From assembly GCA_018304635.1 (NCBI GenBank), contig JAGVVW010000001.1, positions 43,693 to 107,692 of the forward strand: 64,000 bases of DNA. The letters run 5' to 3'. The translations under genes and the position numbers were made by a program. Origin of the DNA: Candidatus Aenigmatarchaeota archaeon (GTDB lineage: Archaea > Aenigmatarchaeota > Aenigmatarchaeia > GW2011-AR5 > JACRMX01). The notes below the pieces were generated by a model, which was given only the letters and a program-made list of their open reading frames with translations, searched no databases and had not been told where the DNA came from. Positions 38,311 to 47,604 of the stretch are shown here, one piece after another; within the stretch, counting starts at the first letter, position 1, and each line of letters opens with the position of its first letter.

Positions 38311-39087
38311 TCACAGCATTCTTTTCAGTATTTCCAGCGCTCTATAGAATTCAGCGCCGTTGTTTTTATGGCCGTCCATGATTTCAGGCACAGCCATTGC
38401 ACTGATATTTTTTATCTTCTTCATAACAAAGGGAAAATCAATCTCGCCACGGCCTATTTGAAGGCCTTCGATATCAGGTGATTTAGCATCTACCATGTGA
38501 AAATGCTTTATTTTTGATTTCAATTCCTTTATAAAGTTTAAAACATTTTTTGTTGACCCGGGATTTGTTGCAAGAAATGTGTGGCATGTATCCAGACAAA
38601 TTCCTGCAGCAAAATCCTCGAAGAAGTAAAAATCTTCAGGCTTTAATAATATGTTTGAAAAAAACTTCTTTCCGTTAACGTGATAAAACCACGGCATGGT
38701 TTCAAGTATAATATTGTCAGATGCAATTTCCTCGAGTGATCGAATCAAATTCCTTTTGAAAGATTCCAAGTCTGCTGGATATGCAGTTCTGGCAGCAGGA
38801 TGTGCGATGACGTATCTTGCATTTATACTATCTGCAAACTTGATTATTTTCTTCATGCGATCAATCCAGTTTTTTCTGTCTTTTCCGCAAAGATCAAAAT
38901 GAATGCCGTCAATTTCAAACGGCGGATGAATCACGAATTCAATATTCATTGTAGAGAACTTTTCAGATAGCTTTTCCAGTCTTTTCATGTCCTTTTCAAG
39001 CATTTGTATTTCTACATATTTCATTTTACCGATAATTTTATCTATATCATCGTAACTTGTTTTAATTCCAAAGTTCATTATACCCAA
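38311..39087 (-). CDS. Sugar phosphate isomerase / epimerase (xylose isomerase-like TIM barrel)
   Basis: 258 aa with AHP..., HMVD and EIMDGH metal-site-like motifs of the AP endonuclease 2 / XI-like TIM family. Confidence 0.5.
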   Translation of the reverse strand: MGIMNFGIKTSYDDIDKIIGKMKYVEIQMLEKDMKRLEKLSEKFSTMNIEFVIHPPFEIDGIHFDLCGKDRKNWIDRMKKIIKFADSINARYVIAHPAARTAYPADLESFKRNLIRSLEEIASDNIILETMPWFYHVNGKKFFSNILLKPEDFYFFEDFAAGICLDTCHTFLATNPGSTKNVLNFIKELKSKIKHFHMVDAKSPDIEGLQIGRGEIDFPFVMKKIKNISAMAVPEIMDGHKNNGAEFYRALEILKRML

Positions 39088-40145
39088 CCTTTCTTTCTGA
39101 AGTATAGAAACATCATTACACCGATGAAAGCCATGAATATGAGTATGATTGGATAAGCTATAGGATAACTGAGTTCTGGCATATTTACAAAATTCATGCC
39201 GTAAATGCTTGTTATGAATGTCAAAGGAATGAAAATGGTTGCGATGACTGTAAGCATTTTCATAATATCATTCATTTTATTGTTGACGGAAGAAAGATAT
39301 ATTTCAACCATTTCAAAGGATATTTCCCTTAAAATTTCAATAGTTTCAATTATCTGTACTGTATGATCATAAATGTCTTTCAAATATATTTCAGTATTCT
39401 CCTTGAAAATTTTTCCACCATCTTTCTGAAGACTATTTATAATTTCTCTTACAGGCCAAACTGATTTCCGGAGAAATATCAATTCACGCTTAAGAGTCAG
39501 GAATTTGATCATAATTTCGTGCTTCGGATTTTCAATAAGCTCATGTTCCATCTTTTCTATTTTTTCTCCCAATTTTTCCAAAACAACGAAATAATTATCG
39601 ATAATTGTATCAATTAATGTGTAGGCAAGATAGCTGCTATCCATTTTTCTTAATTTGCTTTTGCTATTCTTTATCCGGTCTTTTATAACATCAAACTTGT
39701 TACTAGACATTTCCTGAAAAGATATGACAAATTTAGGTCCGATAATCAAACTTACCTGTTCTATTTTTATTTCCTTATCATAATCGATCATTTTCAAAAA
39801 AATGAAAATGTAATTTTCAAAGTATTCTATTTTTATACGATGGTTTGTATTAGCTATATCTTCTACAAGCAGCGGATGTAATCCCAAATAATCTTTAATT
39901 TTTTTCAGAATTTCTGTCTGATGCACACCCCCAACATCTATCCATGTCGTTGATGGTTTTTTAAAAAATGAAAAACAGTCATCAATGTTTTTGACCTCTT
40001 TTTCAATAACATAGTCTTTTGTATAATCCATCATACGAATTATGACTTTTTCAGATATTTTTTTGCCCACATAGACTACTGACCCCGGAGGAAGGCCTGC
40101 TTTTTTAGATAGGTTTTCGGCTAACTTTTTCATTTGAGCACCCAC
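39078..40145 (-). CDS. corA: CorA magnesium transporter
   Basis: YGMNF motif followed by two C-terminal TM helices; 355 aa. Confidence 0.8.
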   Translation of the reverse strand: MGAQMKKLAENLSKKAGLPPGSVVYVGKKISEKVIIRMMDYTKDYVIEKEVKNIDDCFSFFKKPSTTWIDVGGVHQTEILKKIKDYLGLHPLLVEDIANTNHRIKIEYFENYIFIFLKMIDYDKEIKIEQVSLIIGPKFVISFQEMSSNKFDVIKDRIKNSKSKLRKMDSSYLAYTLIDTIIDNYFVVLEKLGEKIEKMEHELIENPKHEIMIKFLTLKRELIFLRKSVWPVREIINSLQKDGGKIFKENTEIYLKDIYDHTVQIIETIEILREISFEMVEIYLSSVNNKMNDIMKMLTVIATIFIPLTFITSIYGMNFVNMPELSYPIAYPIILIFMAFIGVMMFLYFRKKGWV

Positions 40146-40213
40146 AAGTTCATATGAATAATGGTTTTATTTTCTTCTAAAGCTTTTTATTAACTTATTA
40201 TTCAATTATTCTT

Positions 40214-41014
40214 ATGAAAAGCTTTTCTAGGCATGCTAAAAAACGAAAAAAAAGAAATATAGCAGGCAGATTTTTCAGTCTTTTCGAGCAATTGACTCTA
40301 AAACAACTGCTCATTTCGTTTTTTGTTCTTATAATATTTTTTGGCTTTCTTTATAATATATTTTCATATATACCAGGCAATGGCTTAATGGGAAAATCAG
40401 GGCTTATAAAACCCGGTCTTGAGGGCATTTTTGATTCCATATATTTCAGTGCTGTAACTACAAGTTCACTTGGTTATGGAGATATAGCACCTATGGGTTT
40501 ATCCAGAATTTTGATCATGTTTGAGGTGTTGCTTGGGCTTTTGTTTATAGGTGCGTTTGCATCCAAAATAATTTCTGTAAAACAAGATATGATGCTTGAA
40601 GAAGTTTATAAAATGTCATTGGACGGGCAAATACGCAGCTTACGATCAACGCTTTTTTTATACAGAAAGGATCTGGAAAAGTCCGATATAGCAAATCCAG
40701 CAAACATGAAAATCCTTACAATTAACATAAGAAATATTATTGCTGAAATGAAAGTGTTTTTCAGGCGAATACTAAAGGACAATCCGGGTGATCATAAAAT
40801 ATATATCGACCTCACGCTTGAAAGTATAAATGATACATTAAAAAAGATAGCTGATAAATCCACTGCTTTGAAAATACCTATTGAAAGGGATGTATTAAAT
40901 GAGATCAGACTGGAAGTAAATGAAATATTAAGGCTTGTGGAAAGAGCAGGCGTTTCACAATCCAGGGCAAGAAATTTAGAAGAAACTATGAAGTTGTTTG
41001 AAAGCATTCGATAA
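40214..41014 (+). CDS. Potassium channel (2TM pore) with a cytoplasmic C-terminal domain
   Basis: Selectivity filter TTSSLGYGDIAP between two TM helices. Confidence 0.7.
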   Translation: MKSFSRHAKKRKKRNIAGRFFSLFEQLTLKQLLISFFVLIIFFGFLYNIFSYIPGNGLMGKSGLIKPGLEGIFDSIYFSAVTTSSLGYGDIAPMGLSRILIMFEVLLGLLFIGAFASKIISVKQDMMLEEVYKMSLDGQIRSLRSTLFLYRKDLEKSDIANPANMKILTINIRNIIAEMKVFFRRILKDNPGDHKIYIDLTLESINDTLKKIADKSTALKIPIERDVLNEIRLEVNEILRLVERAGVSQSRARNLEETMKLFESIR

Positions 41015-41047
41015 CGGGTTTTTAAATTATAAAAGCGATCCCAATTT

Positions 41048-41833
41048 ATGAAGATCGGATTATTGCTCAATACACCGGCATTAAGCCCATGCGAAGTAGT
41101 AAATGAACTGGATTTTATAAAAAATACAGGATCAAGGCATTTTGAAATTGTTTACGATCATCCAATAACACATGAAAAACTGAGTGTTGTTGAAAAATTT
41201 CTAAAATCCAACAAAGATTTTACATCTGCTGTTCACGCGCCATTTGTTTATACTGATATATTGTCTATTTCCGATGAGCATAGAAAATATTCTCTGGACG
41301 AGATTAAAAAAGCAATTGTCTTTGCAAAACATATTAAATCGGTTTTGGTTGTATTTCATGCAGGGAAAATCACGGGTTATAATAAAAATCAGCTGAACTA
41401 CGATGCTTTTACAAAACTTGTTAATTTTGCCGAAGCTGAGGGTGTTTCATTGGCTGTAGAAAATATGTCAGCCAAAGCCGGGTTTATCAGAAGCAACTTT
41501 GTTTTTGAAAAAGAAGGTTATGAATTATTTGAAAAATATCCAAGCCTGATGATGTGCCTTGATGCTGGCCATACTATTCAGGCAGGTGAAGACGTCATGA
41601 AATTCATTGAAAAATTTCATGAAAAAATAATAAATATACACCTTCATGATGCTGATATTGACACACATAAAGGTCATATGGCGTTAGGCAGAGGCAAACT
41701 AAATACAGTAGCCTTTTTAAGAAAACTTAAAGAATTCGAATATGACGGATATATTACACTGGAGACGTTGAACAGGAAAGATAGCTTGCATTCGTATAAT
41801 GTTGTTAATGAGATTTTGAAATTGCAAACATAG
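41048..41833 (+). CDS. Sugar phosphate isomerase / epimerase (xylose isomerase-like TIM barrel)
   Basis: Paralogous in fold to 38311-39087; VVFHAG, LAVENM and HLHDAD motifs. Confidence 0.5.
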   Translation: MKIGLLLNTPALSPCEVVNELDFIKNTGSRHFEIVYDHPITHEKLSVVEKFLKSNKDFTSAVHAPFVYTDILSISDEHRKYSLDEIKKAIVFAKHIKSVLVVFHAGKITGYNKNQLNYDAFTKLVNFAEAEGVSLAVENMSAKAGFIRSNFVFEKEGYELFEKYPSLMMCLDAGHTIQAGEDVMKFIEKFHEKIINIHLHDADIDTHKGHMALGRGKLNTVAFLRKLKEFEYDGYITLETLNRKDSLHSYNVVNEILKLQT

Positions 41834-41856
41834 ATTTTATATAATGAGGTGATTTA

Positions 41857-42753
41857 GTGTTGAGACTGAGTGTTGGATTGTTTGGTGATATTGAAATTAT
41901 TGAAAAGCTTGCCAATGATTTAGGTAGAAAGGGAACTGAGAATGATATAATAATTTATAATCACAACAGTTCTGATGCTGCTATGAACTTTGTTTTTCCT
42001 AAAAGCGATAAAATTCAGTCGCTTTTACAGGCAATTGCAATGATTGATATTCCTGTGATTATTTTCGACAACGTTACGCCTGAAGTAGGCGAACAGCTGG
42101 TTGCTCTTGATATGTTTTCCTTTGAAAAAGGTTTTGTAATATCCAAGAATATGGGTTTTCTAAAAGGCACAAGTCTTGAAAAATATAAAATAATATCACA
42201 GAATGAACTGAGAGAAGAATTGTTGAAAATATATGTAGAAAGAAAAGATTTTCCACTGAGAATACCAGTTGACAATTACTTTGATGTCCGAAGTGTTGGA
42301 TTTATTGTTCTCGGCATAATTAAGTCAGGATCTGTGAAAAAGTTTGATAAGCTGATTGTTGAACCACTTGGCAAGGAAGTTCTGGTAAAAAGCATACAAT
42401 CGAATGATAAGGAAATTCAATATGCTGAAAAAGGCACGCGTGTCGGGTTAAATATCAAAGGCATTGATTCAGAAGAAATGAAGAGAGGATTTGTTTTGTG
42501 TAATGGAATGAAAAAGACAGACAAAATTTCATCCAATCTTATAAGATCCAGATTCTGTAAAGAAGAATTGCGACCAGGGGACCAAATACATGTGCTTTCA
42601 GATCTGTTTTTTACGACGGGAACAATAGAAAAAATTTCTGATGATAAGATAACTGTATTGCTTCAGAGAGAAATACCATGCGAAGGCATGATTATTTTTG
42701 CTTCTACGAAAAGTAAATTGCCGCGTATCGTAGGAAAGGGTTTTGTAGCGTAA
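41857..42753 (+). CDS. EF-Tu / EF-1alpha-like protein with a degenerate GTPase domain (pseudo-GTPase)
   Basis: Clear EF-Tu domain II (PLRIPVDNYFDVRSVGFIVLGIIKSGSVKKFDKLIVEPLGKEVLVKSIQ...GTRVGLNIKGID..MKRGFVL) and domain-III-like C-terminus. The P-loop is replaced by VGLFGDIE and NKxD by FDNV. Confidence 0.5.
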   Translation: MLRLSVGLFGDIEIIEKLANDLGRKGTENDIIIYNHNSSDAAMNFVFPKSDKIQSLLQAIAMIDIPVIIFDNVTPEVGEQLVALDMFSFEKGFVISKNMGFLKGTSLEKYKIISQNELREELLKIYVERKDFPLRIPVDNYFDVRSVGFIVLGIIKSGSVKKFDKLIVEPLGKEVLVKSIQSNDKEIQYAEKGTRVGLNIKGIDSEEMKRGFVLCNGMKKTDKISSNLIRSRFCKEELRPGDQIHVLSDLFFTTGTIEKISDDKITVLLQREIPCEGMIIFASTKSKLPRIVGKGFVA

Positions 42754-42829
42754 TTTCTCATGCCTTTAAATACTTTTAGGTAGAAACAATTTACTTGGGG
42801 AAAATTTTAGAGATTCTGAATTTTGAGGG

Positions 42830-43297
42830 ATGATTAATATGAATAACGAGAATGTTAAGATGGGTGTGTTTAGTATAAGATCTCATCAAGCAGGTCTAGT
42901 TGCAGGTGCTTTTAATGATTATTATGGCGCTGAAGTGAAGTATAAAGCAGACCCATTTTCCAGGGATGGTCGTGTTTCTGATCCTGAAGAGTTTCGTCAA
43001 AGATTGCAAACAGATAGATATGATATGATCATAACAGGTCCGAATGGATTAACAATATTGCAGGAAGTTGGATATAGCGGTCCTGTCGTTGTTATGTCAG
43101 CATATAATCATTTGAGTCGGGGTGATATACATGGATTCAAGCCTTATGCTATTATAAGAAAAAGTGCAAGTCAAGGGCTTCCAAATCAATGTGTTGCTAT
43201 GGCTGATCATTATTTTCGTAACAAGCCAATAAATCCAGAATTACTTGAGAATGTAAGGATACTAAATAAAAATATCCATTCCGATGAAACAATATAA
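42830..43297 (+). CDS. Hypothetical protein (possibly a degenerate receiver-like fold)
   Basis: YDMIITGPNGLTILQEV..PVVVMSAY loosely resembles CheY-like receivers; weak. Confidence 0.3.
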   Translation: MINMNNENVKMGVFSIRSHQAGLVAGAFNDYYGAEVKYKADPFSRDGRVSDPEEFRQRLQTDRYDMIITGPNGLTILQEVGYSGPVVVMSAYNHLSRGDIHGFKPYAIIRKSASQGLPNQCVAMADHYFRNKPINPELLENVRILNKNIHSDETI

Positions 43298-43322
43298 ATT
43301 CTGACTGAAAGTATTCATACAT

Positions 43323-43832
43323 ATGCCATATGACCCAATAACCACGTGGATCAGCCAGTTGAATATCCCCTTGCTTACAGTAATTGCTAAAATACTTGAC
43401 AGTGACATGGTTTTTTTGGCTATAATATTCTTGTTTGCTTTTCTAGCAGAACATGGGAAAAAAAGAAACAAACTAATGCTGATACTTATTTTGATTTTTA
43501 TGTTTGGCTTTGCTATGAAACTTTTAATCCATGAGGTTCGGCCGTGTACAGAAATTGTATCAAAAATACAGTGCCCGAATGATTTTTCATTTCCAAGCAA
43601 TCATACTTTAGTAGCATCTGCATTTGCAGTTGCATTGTGGAAAAAAAGAAACGGCTGGATTTTTTCAATATTCACTGTTTTTGTGGCATTTACCAGAGTC
43701 TATCTCGGCGTGCATACTATAACTGATGTTTTAGGCGGAGCAGCTTTGGGTATTGCAGCATATCTGCTTGCTGATATACTGTGGAAAAGAATACCTGAAA
43801 AATTCAAAAAGAAGCTCGGGGTTATGGAATGA
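43323..43832 (+). CDS. PAP2-family phosphatase (membrane)
   Basis: All three PAP2 motifs: KLLIHEVRP, PSNHT and TRVYLGVHTITD. Confidence 0.8.
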   Translation: MPYDPITTWISQLNIPLLTVIAKILDSDMVFLAIIFLFAFLAEHGKKRNKLMLILILIFMFGFAMKLLIHEVRPCTEIVSKIQCPNDFSFPSNHTLVASAFAVALWKKRNGWIFSIFTVFVAFTRVYLGVHTITDVLGGAALGIAAYLLADILWKRIPEKFKKKLGVME

Positions 43833-44257
43833 TAATCGAGGACCAGAAATCCTTACTTTTCATTTCTATTTGAAATTTCTTGTCTTTCAAAATCTAAAAA
43901 ACTGTCATTCATATTTTCAAATTTTCTATAATCCTTGTACATTAAATGAAATAGAATTCCGAAGATAACCAAAGGTATACTATAAAAAATCATAATAAAA
44001 AGACTATGTTTTTCAATATTGAAAAAAATAAAAGAAGCTGATACAAACACATTTGAAATAATACCTATAACATTCCTATAATAAAAATAACAGATTCTTC
44101 AGATCTCTTTTCATCATCGTCTCGTGCTTTGATGATATTATCTCGATATTTATGTACAATTTGTTTTAATTCCTTTTCACTTATATTTCGAATTGAAGAA
44201 CTCATTTTTTTCACCATTTTGTTCAAATGCTCAAAACGAAATAATTGTAAATTGTAT

Positions 44258-44482
44258 TTAGTAAAACTCTTCTTCCTGTTTTTTGGATTGTTTTATTATG
44301 AATCTTATCGTAGTGGGTTGTATTTTGGGGCGATGACTAATCATGGTGGTTAAAACTTCTTTATCTGTTTGTTTTCTAAATTTTAAATGACGACCTTTTA
44401 TTTTATTAACTTGCTGAAAACCATTGCTTTGTAGTATTTGAATGACTTCTTTCCTTGGTAATGGATGTATTTTTCCTTGCAT
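44258..44482 (-). CDS. hicA: HicA-family toxin (mRNA interferase)
   Basis: KEVIQILQSNGFQQVNKIKGRHLKFRK...IKQ matches the HicA / YcfA fold consensus; 74 aa. Confidence 0.6.
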   Translation of the reverse strand: MQGKIHPLPRKEVIQILQSNGFQQVNKIKGRHLKFRKQTDKEVLTTMISHRPKIQPTTIRFIIKQSKKQEEEFY

Positions 44483-44492
44483 AGAAAAAACC

Positions 44493-44891
44493 TTAACATT
44501 CTTTGCTAATTGGAGTATTTATTGGAATTTTGTCAATAGGCAAGTTTATTGGAATATTCTGTGTCTTTACCTGTATTATGGTTTCAATATTAGGTTTTTT
44601 TGTACATGGATCTGACATATAGTCATCTATCATTTCTATTATGCTTTCAATAGCTTCTTTTTCGGTTTCTCCCTGTGCACAGATATCTATTAGTGGTGTA
44701 GTTGCTATCCATTCATTATTTTCTTTAAATGTCGATATTGGAAAACGTATTTTCATAGATTCTTCTATAGAGTTCTTAATCATATTTTTCATTTCAATCG
44801 GTAATTTTTTAAAGTGTGTTGTTTTTTCAATATCCTTTAAAATTTCAGTTATCTCAATACTTTTCTCAGGATCAGGCATATTTATCACCAT
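44493..44891 (-). CDS. hicB: HicB-family antitoxin
   Basis: NNEWIATTPLIDICAQGETEKEAIESIIEMIDDY matches the HicB RNase-H-like N-domain (..PG..tqGeT.EEA..n..EAi). Adjacent to HicA with a 10-nt gap. Confidence 0.55.
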   Translation of the reverse strand: MVINMPDPEKSIEITEILKDIEKTTHFKKLPIEMKNMIKNSIEESMKIRFPISTFKENNEWIATTPLIDICAQGETEKEAIESIIEMIDDYMSDPCTKKPNIETIIQVKTQNIPINLPIDKIPINTPISKEC

Positions 44892-45013
44892 GCTTAAGTT
44901 GCTTATAAAATTTAAATACCCATCTTTTTCAATGACTGTGCAGAGAATGTTTTGGAAATGCTTTGCATTTCTGACTGTTGAAGTATTTATAGATTGAAAA
45001 TTATATCAATTAC

Positions 45014-45217
45014 ATGACATCTCTAAAATGTCCTGTATGCCATATAATGAAAAATAGCTCCACGGACCTAGCTAAGCATATGATTATGCCATCTGCATAT
45101 GAAAATATAGATATCAGACACAAAGATTTTATAAAATCTAATAACCTTAGAAATAAAGAATTAAAGCCACTTGCTGAATTATTAGAGAGAATAGCTGAGA
45201 GGGTTGGTAACGGATGA
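45014..45217 (+). CDS. Small zinc-finger-like protein
   Basis: CPVCH..H..H pattern; 67 aa; overlaps the downstream membrane-protein gene by 4 nt. Confidence 0.3.
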   Translation: MTSLKCPVCHIMKNSSTDLAKHMIMPSAYENIDIRHKDFIKSNNLRNKELKPLAELLERIAERVGNG

Positions 45218-45762
45218 AAGGAAATCAGTGGTTCATTCTCGGATTTTTGTTTATGATAACCTCTATGATATTTATACAGCAGGACCTTCTCATGACTTCT
45301 TGGGCTTCCCCAACTTCTTGTCCAGAGGGGCAATTCTATTCATGTATAGTATTAGCAGAAATATACGACCCGTTCATTTTGCTTGTTATGTCTATAACAA
45401 TTATTTGTTGGATAATGGGTATTATAGATTGGCTGGAAGAAAAATTAGAGCAAAAATCACAAGAAAAACGAGAATGGGCAGAACATACCATTATAGAAAA
45501 ATTGACTAAGAAATTTAGATTGCGTAGAAAACCGAAGAATATTGGAGAACTTTTTGACATAGCTGCAAAAGAAAATAAAATTGAACATGTAATGATTGAA
45601 TATGAAAAATTTATAAACGAACTCCCTATACTTATAAAAGAAAGGGAAAAAAGGGGCAAAGGGCTAGAAAGAATGGCAAAAGCTGATTTGAAAACAGAGA
45701 AGAAATTACGTAAAAAAACTCAGGAGGATAAAAATCATAGTAATTCCCCGATCTCGCCATGA
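45214..45762 (+). CDS. Membrane protein with a Lys/Glu-rich cytoplasmic tail
   Basis: Two or three TM helices then a charged coiled-coil tail; 182 aa. Confidence 0.4.
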   Translation: MKGNQWFILGFLFMITSMIFIQQDLLMTSWASPTSCPEGQFYSCIVLAEIYDPFILLVMSITIICWIMGIIDWLEEKLEQKSQEKREWAEHTIIEKLTKKFRLRRKPKNIGELFDIAAKENKIEHVMIEYEKFINELPILIKEREKRGKGLERMAKADLKTEKKLRKKTQEDKNHSNSPISP

Positions 45763-46112
45763 AATAGTATATATACATCTAATTCGCAGTAAAATCCTCT
45801 ATTTTGATATATGCACCAACCGGGATATTCGCAGTCATTTCTCGAAAAAGGCTGTAATATTTTTCCCCAGGGTTTTTCGTAGGAATATATTACATTTCTC
45901 GAAAAAGGCTGTATCGAACCCGGGCAGCGAGCTGTTTCGAACCGCCTTTAGGAAAAGATATTATAACACATTTACGTAGTTTTCTCTTTTCCCCAAGGGC
46001 TTTTCTCTTTTTTAAAGAGAAAAGGGCTTTGGGAAGCTCGAGTCATACCACTAGACCATTGGTGCATGATGTAAGTTAATTACATGCAATTTATATAGTT
46101 ACTCACATATTT

Positions 46113-46910
46113 TTACTCCAAATGATATCCGATTAACCTGTGCGCATTAACAGCTTTGTATCCGCCATTGTTCAGTACAATGATGTTTCCTTTGGCGCCG
46201 ATAACATTGCCAGATATATGCATACCCGAGGTTGGATCTATTGCAGCAGGATTCTGCATCAGTTCATTCAGCCTGTAAAATGAGCGAAAATCATAAATTT
46301 CAGGCTCATGGATTTCAATCTTTTTTGAGACGCTGTCCAAAACTGATGTTAGCTTTTTCAAAGTTGTGTTCGGGTCAATTACAATGTTTTTCATTTTATC
46401 ATTGCCATGAATCCGGTCTTCTATTCCTGCAATGGATCTTATCATGTTTTCATGTTTCCTGACAACCTTCCCATCTTTCATTGTCATTATTTTTGCTGCG
46501 AAATCTGCTCCCTGTTCAATCAGGCGTTCCCTGAGGCGGAAGCCAATAGATATCCCAACTTTTACATGCTCGCCGAAACATGCAAGATATATATTGTATA
46601 TATTTTTCATGCATGACATTCTTTGTTTTGGATTCATACACTCGCCTCTGCAGCTTATGCAGCTGAAATAATCATCTTTTTCCATGCATGATGTACATTT
46701 CCATTCTTCTGTCACTACAGAGCATGATCTATGTACGCCATTGATTACAGAGCCTGTACATGATTTTTTTCCAAGTTTAATATCAAGTTTCTGGTCAAAC
46801 AGCTCTATCTCATTACCAGAATCTAAAATCAGTCTTGGTTTCAACATGTTCCATTTATACTTTATTATCTGCATTCGCCAGCCTCTCGAGACATTTCTCA
46901 ACGCGTTCAA
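46113..46910 (-). CDS. Hypothetical protein with a Cys cluster
   Basis: CTSCMEKDDYFSCISCRGEC is a putative metal-binding cluster; 265 aa. Confidence 0.4.
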   Translation of the reverse strand: MNALRNVSRGWRMQIIKYKWNMLKPRLILDSGNEIELFDQKLDIKLGKKSCTGSVINGVHRSCSVVTEEWKCTSCMEKDDYFSCISCRGECMNPKQRMSCMKNIYNIYLACFGEHVKVGISIGFRLRERLIEQGADFAAKIMTMKDGKVVRKHENMIRSIAGIEDRIHGNDKMKNIVIDPNTTLKKLTSVLDSVSKKIEIHEPEIYDFRSFYRLNELMQNPAAIDPTSGMHISGNVIGAKGNIIVLNNGGYKAVNAHRLIGYHLE

Positions 46911-47481
46911 GTGATTTATCGTTCCACAGATCTCTTTTCATTCTGTTAAAAACCCGTTCAGTTTTACGCTTATAATGATCAGGACACGGCATCTGTTCTA
47001 CAATTTTTCTGAAAAATTCAGATTCATTACTGTACTTTGTGTCGTAGAAACTAAGCCATGATATATTGGAGTATATAAAATCGTGAATATCTTCAAAGCA
47101 GGGTTTGTTCATGACAGTCATATAATTATAATAAAATACATCATCATGGTACCCGTGTTTTATCATTTCCCGATTAGCTACTAACTGCTCAAGGTGCCTG
47201 TGTTTTGTGCTAAATCCTTTCTGCTGTATGATTATCTTATATATCATATTCAGGATGAAGCTCCTACAAAACCGCGGATTTTTCATGAGATGCTCGTTGT
47301 TTCTATCTATTTCTATATAGGCTGTGAAATTTTTCAGTTCGGCTTTATTTTTCTCTCCTATTACAAAAACAAGCTTGTCAAAAAGCAGTTTATGATGAAT
47401 ATCATACAGAACTTTATCAAAAATATGAAAGATCCTTTCCACTTCTTCGGTTTTATTGTGAGAACTTTTTACGATTTTCAT
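46855..47481 (-). CDS. Hypothetical protein
   Basis: 208 aa, no motif recognised; overlaps the downstream gene by 56 nt. Confidence 0.35.
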   Translation of the reverse strand: MKIVKSSHNKTEEVERIFHIFDKVLYDIHHKLLFDKLVFVIGEKNKAELKNFTAYIEIDRNNEHLMKNPRFCRSFILNMIYKIIIQQKGFSTKHRHLEQLVANREMIKHGYHDDVFYYNYMTVMNKPCFEDIHDFIYSNISWLSFYDTKYSNESEFFRKIVEQMPCPDHYKRKTERVFNRMKRDLWNDKSLERVEKCLERLANADNKV

Positions 47482-47604
47482 GATATTTATATAATTTCCC
47501 AGTATTTATTTTGCATTTCTGTAAACCAGATTATTTGCATTCCAGAACGAGTTCAAAAAACCCGTGGAAGCTGTTTTTCAGTTGTTTTGTTATATTCTGT
47601 ATTT

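Noticed and set aside
40214-41833. K+ channel and TIM-barrel ORFs in the same frame
   Set aside because: Two stop codons and unrelated folds; coincidence.
45895-45950. tRNA-like T-loop strings (ggttcgaaa / gggttcgat on the minus strand)
   Set aside because: I could not build a 5-bp T-stem, acceptor stem or anticodon arm around either. More likely a chance match within the direct-repeat region.
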